Shown here one piece after another: positions 28,244 through 37,110 of a stretch of 64,000 nucleotides of DNA (its first letter is position 1; every line of letters begins with the position of its first letter). The notes under the pieces were generated by a model. That model searched no databases, was not told the DNA's origin, and saw nothing but the letters and a program-made list of their open reading frames with translations. A program made the translations under genes and the position numbers. The DNA comes from a virus (Duplodnaviria > Heunggongvirae > Uroviricota > Caudoviricetes), in IMG/VR virus record IMGVR_UViG_3300039159_000198; one strand, 5' to 3'.

Positions 28244-28933
28244 ATGGGATTAGATAGAAAATTAATACAAGAAATTACAAGGTATCATAATATCAATAAC
28301 TATATTATGGAGCAGGACGCTATTGAACCTGAAGTTCCTATTGAAGATGAGTTAGGTCCATTATCCCCGCCGACAGCAGGTGGAGATGTTCCACCTCCAC
28401 CGGCACCATCAGAGGCGATACCACCGGCAGCTCCGGTATCAACAGCGATTGATGTTGCAAATGACCCGGATATTGAAAAAATTGATGATGAGGGTAATTC
28501 TGAAGAAATTACAAGTGAAGGTGATGATTCGGAAGAATTAGACATTACCGATTTGGTAACTTCTCAAAAAAATATTGAAACCAAACAAGAAGAATATTTT
28601 GAAAACTTATTTAACCAACTTTCAAATTTAGAATCCAAATTGGGTGAGATGGATAATGTTATGAATAAATTAAATTCTCTTGAAATGAAAATTGAGAAAT
28701 ACCGAGAAAAAACTCCTCAAGAAAAATTGGAGTTAAGAAGTTATGACTCATATCCATTCAATCAAAAACTGTCACAATTTTTTGATGACAAACAAGATGA
28801 GATGGAAAAAACAGGAAAAAATGAATATGTTTTAACTTCGGATGAGGTTGAGGATATTAATTCAAGTGATGTTAAAAATTCGTTTCAACCTAATTCTCAG
28901 GTAGATGAATACAAATCATCATTCAAAAAATAA
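28244..28933 (+). CDS. Acidic, Pro-rich coiled-coil protein (possible head scaffold/core protein)
   Basis: LIQE...IMEQ N-terminus, Pro/Glu-rich linker, heptad coiled coil LFNQLSNLESKLGEMDNVMNKLNSLEMKIE. Confidence 0.6.
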   Translation: MGLDRKLIQEITRYHNINNYIMEQDAIEPEVPIEDELGPLSPPTAGGDVPPPPAPSEAIPPAAPVSTAIDVANDPDIEKIDDEGNSEEITSEGDDSEELDITDLVTSQKNIETKQEEYFENLFNQLSNLESKLGEMDNVMNKLNSLEMKIEKYREKTPQEKLELRSYDSYPFNQKLSQFFDDKQDEMEKTGKNEYVLTSDEVEDINSSDVKNSFQPNSQVDEYKSSFKK

Positions 28934-28939
28934 AATCTT

Positions 28940-28967
28940 AAAGGTGTCTTAACAGACACCTTTTTTT
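28940..28967 (+). terminator. Intrinsic terminator
   Basis: AAAGGTGTCT-TAAC-AGACACCTTT followed by more Ts. Confidence 0.85.
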
Positions 28968-28968
28968 A

Positions 28969-29000
28969 TTTGACTTTTCATGTTTTATCACCTACATTTG
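28969..29000 (+). promoter_or_regulatory. Bacteroidota-type housekeeping promoter for the replication operon
   Basis: TTTG (28969-28972), 20-nt spacer, TACATTTG (28993-29000) matches the -33/-7 consensus TTTG-N19-21-TAnnTTTG. Confidence 0.7.
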
Positions 29001-29033
29001 TAAAACAATTTAACAATTTAATTTTATAAAAAC

Positions 29034-29879
29034 ATGAGTTCATTAGACGCCGTATTGGCACAGTACGAAAATTCAAAACAAGGGGGCGGGGCCCAAGGAA
29101 AAATTTCACAAGAAGACAGAATGAAAAGGTATTTTGCACTTATCTTAGGTGACAACGAAAAATCAGGACAAAGAAAAGTTAGAATCTTACCTACGGGAGA
29201 TGGTTCATCACCTTTTAAAGAGGCGTGGTATCATGAAATCCAAGTTGGTGGACAATGGCAAAAATTCTATGACCCGGGAAAAAATGATAACGAACGTTCA
29301 CCATTGAACGAGGTTTATGAAGAGTTAATCTCAACAGGAAAAGAATCTGACAAACAATTGGCTACTCAGTATCGTTCTCGTAAATTCTATGTCGTAAAGG
29401 TTATAGATAGAGATAAAGAAGAAGATGGTGTTAAGTTTTGGAGATTTAAATCAAACTATAAAAATGAGGGAATCTTAGATAAGATTATCCCAATTTGGAG
29501 AAACAAAGGTGATATCACTGACCCTGAAAAAGGTAGAGATTTAATCATTGAGTTGGCTAAAGCTAAAACACCAAAAGGAAAAGAATACACCACGGTATCA
29601 ACTATTATGTATGAAGACCAAGGACCAATACATGAAGATGATACACAGGCTAAAGCATGGGTTAATGATGAATTAACATGGTTGGACGTTTATGCTAAAA
29701 AACCGGTTGAATATCTTGAAGCAATTGCTAACGGACAGACACCAAAATGGGATAGTGAAAAAGGTGGTTACGTTTATGAAAACGACATCACAAATACAGA
29801 ATCATTTGGAGGTTCTAAACCATCTACTTCGATTGACCCACAGGCAAATGATTTGCCGGATGAAGAGCTTCCATTCTAA
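29034..29879 (+). CDS. Single-stranded DNA-binding protein (T4 gp32-like)
   Basis: VRILP..DGSSPF...YH, GVKFWRF, DITDPEKGRDL, acidic tail ending DEELPF. Confidence 0.85.
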   Translation: MSSLDAVLAQYENSKQGGGAQGKISQEDRMKRYFALILGDNEKSGQRKVRILPTGDGSSPFKEAWYHEIQVGGQWQKFYDPGKNDNERSPLNEVYEELISTGKESDKQLATQYRSRKFYVVKVIDRDKEEDGVKFWRFKSNYKNEGILDKIIPIWRNKGDITDPEKGRDLIIELAKAKTPKGKEYTTVSTIMYEDQGPIHEDDTQAKAWVNDELTWLDVYAKKPVEYLEAIANGQTPKWDSEKGGYVYENDITNTESFGGSKPSTSIDPQANDLPDEELPF

Positions 29880-29942
29880 TTAACACAAAACAACCCTCCT
29901 GAATCGGGCGGGGATTTTTTAACTAACAAAAAATATATAATA

Positions 29943-30013
29943 ACTTGGACATAAACTTGGACAGTTTGTCCAAGTAACTTAATACATAACAAAAATTAAC
30001 ATTTACTTGGACA
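29943..30013 (+). promoter_or_regulatory. ACTTGGACA repeat cluster (3 direct, 1 inverted) in the uvsX leader
   Basis: ACTTGGACA at 29943, 29955 and 30005; TGTCCAAGT at 29967; last copy ends 1 nt before the ATG at 30015. Confidence 0.75.
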
Positions 30014-30014
30014 T

Positions 30015-31010
30015 ATGGCAATTAAAAAAAAGACATTCTCGTTAGAGGATATAAAAGGTAAGTTCTCAACCAAAACAAAATATAAACCCGAAAGTTTTTA
30101 TAATTGTGGTGAAGCGTTTATGGATGCGGTTGGATTACCCGGACCTGTAATGGGGGGTATCAACATGTTCTTGGGTCATAGTAATGCTTCAAAAACGACG
30201 GCACTTATATTGGCGGCCGCAGACGCTCAAAAAAAAGGTCATCTACCTGTATTCATTATTACTGAAAAAAAATGGTCATGGGAACATAGTGTTGAGTTAG
30301 GATTACAGGCGGAACAAAATGAAAATGGGGTGTGGGATGGTCATTTTATTTTTAACGATAGTTTTGATGTAATTGAACAAGCCACCGATTTTATCAATAA
30401 TGTTTTAGACTCTCAAGAAAAAGGTGAATTACCTTATAATTTATTATTTTTATTTGATAGTGTTGGTAGTATTCCTTGTCAGATGACATTTGATGGCAAG
30501 GGGGGCGGAATGTTTAATGCAAAGGTACTTGCGGATAAAATTGGAATGGGGATACACTCTAGAATTTCAAAATCTAAAAAAGAAGATTACCCTTATTATA
30601 ATACTTTAGTTGTGTGTAATCAACCTTGGGTTCTCTTGCCTGATAGCCCATTTGGGCAACCAACCATTCAACCTAAAGGGGGTCAAGCATTATTTTTAGC
30701 GTCTTCATTAGTGTTTTTATTTGGTAATCAAAAAAGTTCCGGTGTTAGTCACATTACCGCAACTAAAAATGGTAGGACAATTTCTTATGCTACTAGAACA
30801 AAAATATCTATATTAAAAAACCACGTAAATGGGATTCAGTTCAAAGATGGTAAAATAATTGCGGTTCCCCAAGGTTATATTGCGGACACAAAAGATGCTT
30901 TGGACAAGTATAAAAAAGAATATTCTAGTTATTGGGGTGCAATCCTTATTGGTACGGGTGAACTTATACTTGATGAAACTGAAGAACAAGAAAGTTTTGG
31001 AGAAGAATAA
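30015..31010 (+). CDS. uvsX: RecA/UvsX-like recombinase
   Basis: P-loop GHSNASKTT, FIITE, LFLFDSVGS Walker B, VVCNQ, KGGQAL, KNHV. Confidence 0.85.
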   Translation: MAIKKKTFSLEDIKGKFSTKTKYKPESFYNCGEAFMDAVGLPGPVMGGINMFLGHSNASKTTALILAAADAQKKGHLPVFIITEKKWSWEHSVELGLQAEQNENGVWDGHFIFNDSFDVIEQATDFINNVLDSQEKGELPYNLLFLFDSVGSIPCQMTFDGKGGGMFNAKVLADKIGMGIHSRISKSKKEDYPYYNTLVVCNQPWVLLPDSPFGQPTIQPKGGQALFLASSLVFLFGNQKSSGVSHITATKNGRTISYATRTKISILKNHVNGIQFKDGKIIAVPQGYIADTKDALDKYKKEYSSYWGAILIGTGELILDETEEQESFGEE

Positions 31011-31065
31011 AAAAAAATAATATAATTTATTATACTTTTAGTATATTTGTAGATATTTATTAAAT

Positions 31066-31218
31066 ATGGGAAGAAGAAAAGTTGAAGATGAAAAAAAGAA
31101 AGTAAAATTGGCAGTGTCTCTTGACCCCCAACTTCCGCAGTACTTTAAGGATAAATCTATAAACTTATCTTCTCTTGTTAATAAATTGTTAAATGAGTAT
31201 ATTAAAAATGGAAACTAA
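31066..31218 (+). CDS. Small RHH-like DNA-binding protein preceding the HNH gene (50 aa; not in ORF track)
   Basis: MGRRKVEDEKKKVKLAVSLDPQLPQYFKDKSINLSSLVNKLLNEYIKNGN*; TATTTAT ends 5 nt upstream; stop overlaps the HNH start at 31208. Confidence 0.7.
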   Translation: MGRRKVEDEKKKVKLAVSLDPQLPQYFKDKSINLSSLVNKLLNEYIKNGN

Positions 31219-31860
31219 GGTTTGTTCTATATGTAAAGAAGATAAAAATGTTAGTGAATTTGGTAATTCAAAATCATCTAAAGATGGGTTATTATATTGT
31301 TGTAAAAAATGTAATAGTGATAGAGGTAAAAAATATACTAAAGAAAATTATCAAAAAACATTAGAGTCTCATAGAAAATGGACGGCAAAAAATCCTGAAT
31401 GGGTTTACAATCGTCATAAAAAATGGAGAGATGAGAATCGTGAATTGGTGAATGAAATTGGTATAATAAAAACCCTGAAAAAAGAAAAGAATATCGGGAG
31501 AATTACAAACCAAGAAAACGAGAACAAAGAAAAGAGCGAAGAAATAGCGACCCGGTTTTCAATTTAACTAATAGAATGAGAATCCGTTTAAGGAAATATC
31601 TAACCATTCACAACATCACCAAAAGAAATAAAACTTTTGATATTGTTGGTTGTACTCCGGAGTTCTTAAAAGAATATTTAGAGATACAATTTACTGAAGG
31701 TATGACTTGGGAAAATAGATGTGAGTGGCATATTGACCATATCATTCCATTATCATCGGCAAAAAATGAGGACGAACTTTATAAGTTATGTCATTATACA
31801 AATCTTCAACCATTATGGGCTGAGGACAATTTAAAAAAGAGTAACAAAATTATTGTCTAA
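31208..31860 (+). pseudogene. HNH homing endonuclease broken by a frameshift near 31455
   Basis: METKVCSIC...CCKKC half; the alternative frame from ~31456 reads NWYNKNPEKRKEYRENYKPRKREQRKERRNSDPVFNLTNRMRIRL...WHIDHIIPLSS...CHYTNLQPLW...N.KK; paralog of 2384..3055. Confidence 0.8.
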
Positions 31861-31876
31861 CCCTTAAAAGGTTAAC

Positions 31877-32875
31877 TTGAAAAAAACATTATTAATTGAT
31901 GGTGCCAACCTAATGAAGATTGGATTCCACGGAGTAAAAGACCTCTATAGTGACGGAAGTCACTTGGGGGCAATTTACCACTTTATTAACACCATTAGAA
32001 AATTCCTCGAAGAACATAATTACGATAAGGTTGTGGTTATGTGGGACGCTGAAAATAGTTCATCCACTCGGAAAGGACTATACCCCCAGTATAAAGCAAA
32101 TCGTAAGAACGATATGGATGAGTATAAACTTGAGTCATATCTAACTCAAAACGCTCGTATTAAAGAATATCTTGAAGAAATTTTTGTTAGACAGGTTGAA
32201 ATGATTGATAACGAAGGTGATGACCTTATCGCGTATTATTGTAAAATATCAACTAATGAGGACATCACCATTTTTTCATCAGATAAGGACCTCACACAAC
32301 TTATCTCTGATAAAGTATCTATCTACTCACCAAATTCAAAACAATACTTTAAACAGGGTGATATGATTACCGTTAATAAAGTTCAAATACCTCATTACAA
32401 TGTCTTAACTTGTAAGATAATGACTGGTGATTCTTCAGATAATATTAGTGGGATTGAAGGGCTAGGAGAAAAAACTTTGGTTAAATTATTCCCTGATATG
32501 CTGGTTAAACCATGCACTATCGAAGAAATACGAGTTAGTGCTGGTATTCTCATGCAAGAAAAAAAATCAAAAGTTTTAGAAAATATTTTGACCGGTAAGA
32601 ATAAATATGGTATAATTGGTGAAGAGTTTTACGCTACAAACAAAAAGATAGTTGATTTATCTAACCCCTTAATAAGTGAAGATGGAAAAGAATTAGTTGA
32701 ACAAATTATCACAGACACGATTGACCCCACCGATAGGGGATACAAAAACTTAATGAGACTTATGATGGAAGATGGTCTCTTCAAATATCTTCCAAAAAAC
32801 GATAATGCTTGGGTAGACTTCCTAAGACCATTTATGAAATTAACAAGAAAAGAAAAAAGAAACACAAACAGATGA
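31877..32875 (+). CDS. 5'-3' exonuclease / RNase H (PolI N-terminal, FEN family)
   Basis: LLIDG.NL, YPQYKANR, EGDDLIA, SSDKDLTQL, GDSSDNISGIEGLGEKT; TTG start. Confidence 0.92.
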   Translation: MKKTLLIDGANLMKIGFHGVKDLYSDGSHLGAIYHFINTIRKFLEEHNYDKVVVMWDAENSSSTRKGLYPQYKANRKNDMDEYKLESYLTQNARIKEYLEEIFVRQVEMIDNEGDDLIAYYCKISTNEDITIFSSDKDLTQLISDKVSIYSPNSKQYFKQGDMITVNKVQIPHYNVLTCKIMTGDSSDNISGIEGLGEKTLVKLFPDMLVKPCTIEEIRVSAGILMQEKKSKVLENILTGKNKYGIIGEEFYATNKKIVDLSNPLISEDGKELVEQIITDTIDPTDRGYKNLMRLMMEDGLFKYLPKNDNAWVDFLRPFMKLTRKEKRNTNR

Positions 32876-33186
32876 AAGTATTAGTAGAAGGACACAAATA
32901 TGAGTTGTTCAATTTTGAAAATAACGGTAAATTTAATCAACACTTACAATTTATTCAAAAAGAACCTATAACTGAGGGTTCGACAGAATTAAAAACAGTC
33001 TCTGATGGGACAACAAATGAGGGTTTACTTGAGGTTTTATTAGACCGTATGAATTACTTACAAAGTAAGTTCCCATGTCGTGAAAATGCGATAGCGATTA
33101 CTAAATTGGATGAAGCTCTTTTATGGTTAAATAAAAGAACATTTAATAGAATAAAAAGAAATGTTGAAGGTAAACAAATAGTATAA
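32872..33186 (+). CDS. Acb2/Tad1-like helical-hairpin protein (candidate anti-defence nucleotide sponge)
   Basis: Likely start is the ATGA overlap at 32872; GTTNEGLLEVLLDRM..LQSKFPCRENAIAITKLDEALLWL..R...R...VEG resembles the RExA.A.TKLEEA.MW hairpin. Confidence 0.5.
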   Translation: MKVLVEGHKYELFNFENNGKFNQHLQFIQKEPITEGSTELKTVSDGTTNEGLLEVLLDRMNYLQSKFPCRENAIAITKLDEALLWLNKRTFNRIKRNVEGKQIV

Positions 33187-33199
33187 ATAAAAAAAAAAT

Positions 33200-33697
33200 A
33201 TGAGAGAGCAAGAAAGCACTAAAATGGAATTTTTATTGACCTTAAATGATAATATCATAGTTCAAAGATTCTTTAATGTAAGAGGGTATAACCAAAAAAC
33301 GAAAAGTTCGGTTGAATTATATGAATTCGTTTCCGACTTTAAAAATGAACTTCAAGAGTATTTGAAGATGAAAACATTAGTGTATATGACGGATAACAAA
33401 GATTCTATCATGCACGACCCAACAATTATGGACACATCTTATACTGATGGTCCGGAAATTTTTAACATTGTTATTAAATTGGGAGAACAGACAATTTGTC
33501 ATAGAATTTTTGACGGAAAACTTTATCCACCGAAAGTACGTTATACAGTTGATGTACGACCATTCTTAAAAGAAACTCTTCGTGGATTGACTGACATTTT
33601 TTCCGATAACAAATTAAGTTATAATTATTTAGAATTTGACCTAAGTAAGGAAGTATTTAATATTACAAGGATAGCTTTTAAAACAGTTTATGAATAA
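33200..33697 (+). CDS. Conserved hypothetical protein upstream of the helicase
   Basis: Intact ORF overlapping the dnaB start; no family recognised. Confidence 0.75.
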   Translation: MREQESTKMEFLLTLNDNIIVQRFFNVRGYNQKTKSSVELYEFVSDFKNELQEYLKMKTLVYMTDNKDSIMHDPTIMDTSYTDGPEIFNIVIKLGEQTICHRIFDGKLYPPKVRYTVDVRPFLKETLRGLTDIFSDNKLSYNYLEFDLSKEVFNITRIAFKTVYE

Positions 33698-36134
33698 AAA
33701 TTTTGATTATTTAGGGAATACATTCCAACTACAATTATTGAATCAGATTATATTAGATAAGGACTTTTCATCTTCAATTATGGATGTTATTGAACCAATT
33801 TATTTTGATAACAAGTATTTTAAAATCATCTTACAGATGACAAAAGAATACCATAAAAAATATGAATCTACTCCTAATTTTGATACATTAGAACAGATAG
33901 TTAAGTCCGAAATCGCACAGGAGATGGTTGCCAAGATTGTTTTGGATACATTAACTCAGGTAAAAGAAGCTCCTTTCGAGGGAACTACATTTGTTCAGGA
34001 AAAGGCTTTAAAGTTCTGTAAACAACAAGAACTCCAAAAGGCTATGGATAAAGCACAGAAGATTATCACACAAGGTGATTTTGAGTCTTATGACAAGGTA
34101 GAAGGTCTTGTTAGGGATGCATTACAGGTTGGGGTAATAGATAAGGGGCAAACCGACATCTTTGATAATTTAGATACGGTGTTGGACGAGGATTACCGTC
34201 ACCCGATTCCAATGGGCATTGCGGGAATTGACAAACTTCTTAAAGGGGGATTGGCTAAAGGTGAGATTGGTGTTATACTCGCTCCGACCGGAGTTGGCAA
34301 GAGTTTAAGTAATACAGAACCTGTTTTAACCCCTAAAGGATGGGTAAAAATGGGTGAAATAAAACTTGGTGATAAGGTTGTTGGTAGTGATGGGAAAGAA
34401 CAATACGTGTTAGGTGTTTATCCTCAAGGTGTTAGACCAATTTATAAAGTTGAATTTAGTGATAATACTTTTGTAAATTGTGATGAAGAACATCTTTGGA
34501 GTGTTAACACACTTAATATGAGAACCGCAAAAACAAGGGATAAACAAGGTAAGGGAGTTTATAGACCTAACTACGGATATAAAGTGGTTAAAACCTCAGA
34601 TATGATGAATGATATCAAGAAGAGAGGTCGATACAATTATAGATTACCTGTGGTTAGTCCGGTTCATTTTGAAGAAAGCGAAGTATCAATTGACCCATAT
34701 TTACTTGGGTTATTATTAGGGGATGGTAGTATATGTGATAGAGGTGTTAGAATAACTACAAAAGATGATGAGTTATTTGAATCAATACAACATCTTGGTG
34801 AACATTCCTCATATAATGAATATTATAGAGACGATGTTAAAACTATTAAAAGTATTAATTTAAAAGTTGGTATTAAAAAAAGGTTAGAGGAATATGGTTT
34901 ATTAGGTAAAAAATCTAACAACAAATTCATACCAACAGATTATTTGTATAATTCATTAGATGTTAGGGTATCCTTATTACAGGGTTTAATGGATACTGAC
35001 GGATATGTTGACAAGAAGGGTATTAATCAATACACAACCGTATCAAAACAATTATGTGAGGATATTAGAGAATTAGTGTTGTCGTTAGGTGGAACCGTTA
35101 GAGTTAATGATAAAATACCTACTTACACTCATAATGGAGAAAAGAAAAAAGGTCAATTAGATTACACAATAACTATGTCATTTGCTAACAATATTGTGCC
35201 ATTTAGATTATTAAGAAAAGTTAATAGATATTATAAGAGAACCAAGTATGTCGAGCAAAAATATGTAAAATCAATTACCTATACTCATGATGAAGAAGCC
35301 ACTTGTATTAAAGTGTCTAACCCTGACGAGTTATTTGTAACAAGGGATTATGTTTTAACTCATAATACAACCATCTTATCTAAAATTGCAAATACCGGAT
35401 TTAATATGGGGTACAACGTTCTTCAAGTATTTTTTGAGGACAATCCAAAAATTATCCAAAGAAAACATTTCACAATGTGGACAGGTATTGAACCGGATAA
35501 TTTGGTATCTCGTAAAGAAGAGGTTATGGGTAAAATTACTGAAATTAAAGAGACAATGCAAAATCGTTTGATTTTACATAAATTAGCATCGGATACGATG
35601 ACTATGAGTCAAATTAAAAATCAGGTAAGAAAAATGATTGCGGATGGGGTTAAAATTGATATGGTACTGTTGGATTATATTGATTGTGTATTACCTGAAT
35701 CAACTAGTAAAGATGAATGGAAGGCTGAGGGTTCTGTAATGAGAGGATTTGAGGCGATGTGTCATGAACTTGATATGGTTGGATGGACAGCAACACAAGG
35801 TAATAGGTCATCAATTTCTGCCGAGGTTGTTACTACAGACCAAATGGGTGGGTCAATTAAGAAAGCTCAGGTAGGACACGTCATTATCTCTGTAGCAAAA
35901 ACATTAACACAAAAAGAGATGAAGTTGGCAACCATTGCTATTACTAAATCTCGTCTTGGTCCGGATGGTATTGTGTTTGAGAATTGTAAGTTTGATAATG
36001 AATTACTTGAGATTGATACTGAGAGTTCAGTTACATTCTTAGGGTTTGAAGAACAACAAGAAGATAGAAAGAAAGACCGAGTTAAAGAACTCTTAGAAAA
36101 AAGAAGACAAAGAGAAGAACAAAAACAAAATTAA
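33690..36134 (+). CDS. dnaB: DnaB/gp41-like replicative helicase containing an intein
   Basis: LKGGLAKGEIGVILAPTGVGK|intein|TTILS, VLLDYID, WTATQGNR, KSRLG. Confidence 0.93.
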   Translation: MNKNFDYLGNTFQLQLLNQIILDKDFSSSIMDVIEPIYFDNKYFKIILQMTKEYHKKYESTPNFDTLEQIVKSEIAQEMVAKIVLDTLTQVKEAPFEGTTFVQEKALKFCKQQELQKAMDKAQKIITQGDFESYDKVEGLVRDALQVGVIDKGQTDIFDNLDTVLDEDYRHPIPMGIAGIDKLLKGGLAKGEIGVILAPTGVGKSLSNTEPVLTPKGWVKMGEIKLGDKVVGSDGKEQYVLGVYPQGVRPIYKVEFSDNTFVNCDEEHLWSVNTLNMRTAKTRDKQGKGVYRPNYGYKVVKTSDMMNDIKKRGRYNYRLPVVSPVHFEESEVSIDPYLLGLLLGDGSICDRGVRITTKDDELFESIQHLGEHSSYNEYYRDDVKTIKSINLKVGIKKRLEEYGLLGKKSNNKFIPTDYLYNSLDVRVSLLQGLMDTDGYVDKKGINQYTTVSKQLCEDIRELVLSLGGTVRVNDKIPTYTHNGEKKKGQLDYTITMSFANNIVPFRLLRKVNRYYKRTKYVEQKYVKSITYTHDEEATCIKVSNPDELFVTRDYVLTHNTTILSKIANTGFNMGYNVLQVFFEDNPKIIQRKHFTMWTGIEPDNLVSRKEEVMGKITEIKETMQNRLILHKLASDTMTMSQIKNQVRKMIADGVKIDMVLLDYIDCVLPESTSKDEWKAEGSVMRGFEAMCHELDMVGWTATQGNRSSISAEVVTTDQMGGSIKKAQVGHVIISVAKTLTQKEMKLATIAITKSRLGPDGIVFENCKFDNELLEIDTESSVTFLGFEEQQEDRKKDRVKELLEKRRQREEQKQN
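34302..35366 (+). mobile_element. Contiguous intein (355 aa) with LAGLIDADG endonuclease, inserted in the helicase P-loop
   Basis: Starts SLSNTEPVLTPKG after GVGK; block B CDEEHLW; LLGLLLGDG and LLQGLMDTDG; ends VLTHN before +1 Thr, restoring GVGKTT. Confidence 0.93.
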
Positions 36135-36143
36135 AAATTATTT

Positions 36144-37100
36144 ATGGAAAAAATTGAAAAAATATTAGAACCGAATCCAAGTAGATTCGTAATCTTCCCT
36201 ATTGAACATGATGATATATGGGAATATTATAAACAACACCAAGCAGCGTTTTGGACGGCAGAAGAAGTGGATTTATCTAATGATATTAGAGATTGGGAGA
36301 ATTTATCGGATAATGAAAGATACTTCATTAAAAATGTATTATCATTCTTTGCAGCATCTGATGGGATTGTAAATGAAAATTTAGCGGAAAACTTTTTAAA
36401 AGAAGTACAATATCCAGAAGCAAAATTCTTTTACGGGTTCCAACTTATGGCGGAAAATATTCACTCATTAATGTATTCATTATTAATTGATACCTATGTG
36501 TCTGACCCGGATGAAAAAGACGAATGTTTTAATGCTATTGACCGATTACCTGCGGTACAGAAAAAAGCGAGTTGGGCGTTAAAGTGGATAGAAAATTCTT
36601 CATTCCAAGAAAGATTGGTGGCATTTGCGGCTGTTGAAGGGATTTTCTTCTCAGGTTCATTTTGTTCTATCTTTTGGATGAAATCACGAGGAATTATGCA
36701 AGGATTATGTAATGCGAATACACTTATCTTTAAAGATGAGAATTTACATTGTGATTTTGCAATTCATTTAATTAATAATCATGTTGAGGATAAACCAAGT
36801 GAAAAAAGAATAAAAGAAATCTTATTATCTGCGTTGGAGATTGAAAAAGAGTTTATTACAGAATCTTTACCCGTATCTTTAATTGGGATGAATTCGAATT
36901 TGATGAAACAATATTTGGAATTTGTTACTGATGGGTTACTAGTTAAATTTGGGTGTAAAAAACATTTCAATGTCGAACAACCATTTAAATTTATGGAACA
37001 GATTGCTGTTGAAACAAAGGGTAATTTCTTTGAATCAAGAACTGTTGAGTACCAAAAAGCAAAATTAGGTGAGTCGTTAACATTCACTGAGGATTTCTAA
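36144..37100 (+). CDS. nrdB: Ribonucleotide reductase class Ia beta subunit
   Basis: [49 protein letters not shown]. Confidence 0.97.
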   Translation: MEKIEKILEPNPSRFVIFPIEHDDIWEYYKQHQAAFWTAEEVDLSNDIRDWENLSDNERYFIKNVLSFFAASDGIVNENLAENFLKEVQYPEAKFFYGFQLMAENIHSLMYSLLIDTYVSDPDEKDECFNAIDRLPAVQKKASWALKWIENSSFQERLVAFAAVEGIFFSGSFCSIFWMKSRGIMQGLCNANTLIFKDENLHCDFAIHLINNHVEDKPSEKRIKEILLSALEIEKEFITESLPVSLIGMNSNLMKQYLEFVTDGLLVKFGCKKHFNVEQPFKFMEQIAVETKGNFFESRTVEYQKAKLGESLTFTEDF

Positions 37101-37110
37101 TTAAAAACAT

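Noticed and set aside
32809-32871. Track start at 32809 for the Acb2/Tad1-like ORF (also 31193 and 41178 for their ORFs)
   Set aside because: These upstream extensions overlap neighbouring genes or a terminator; 32872, 31208 and 41235 fit the operon packing better.
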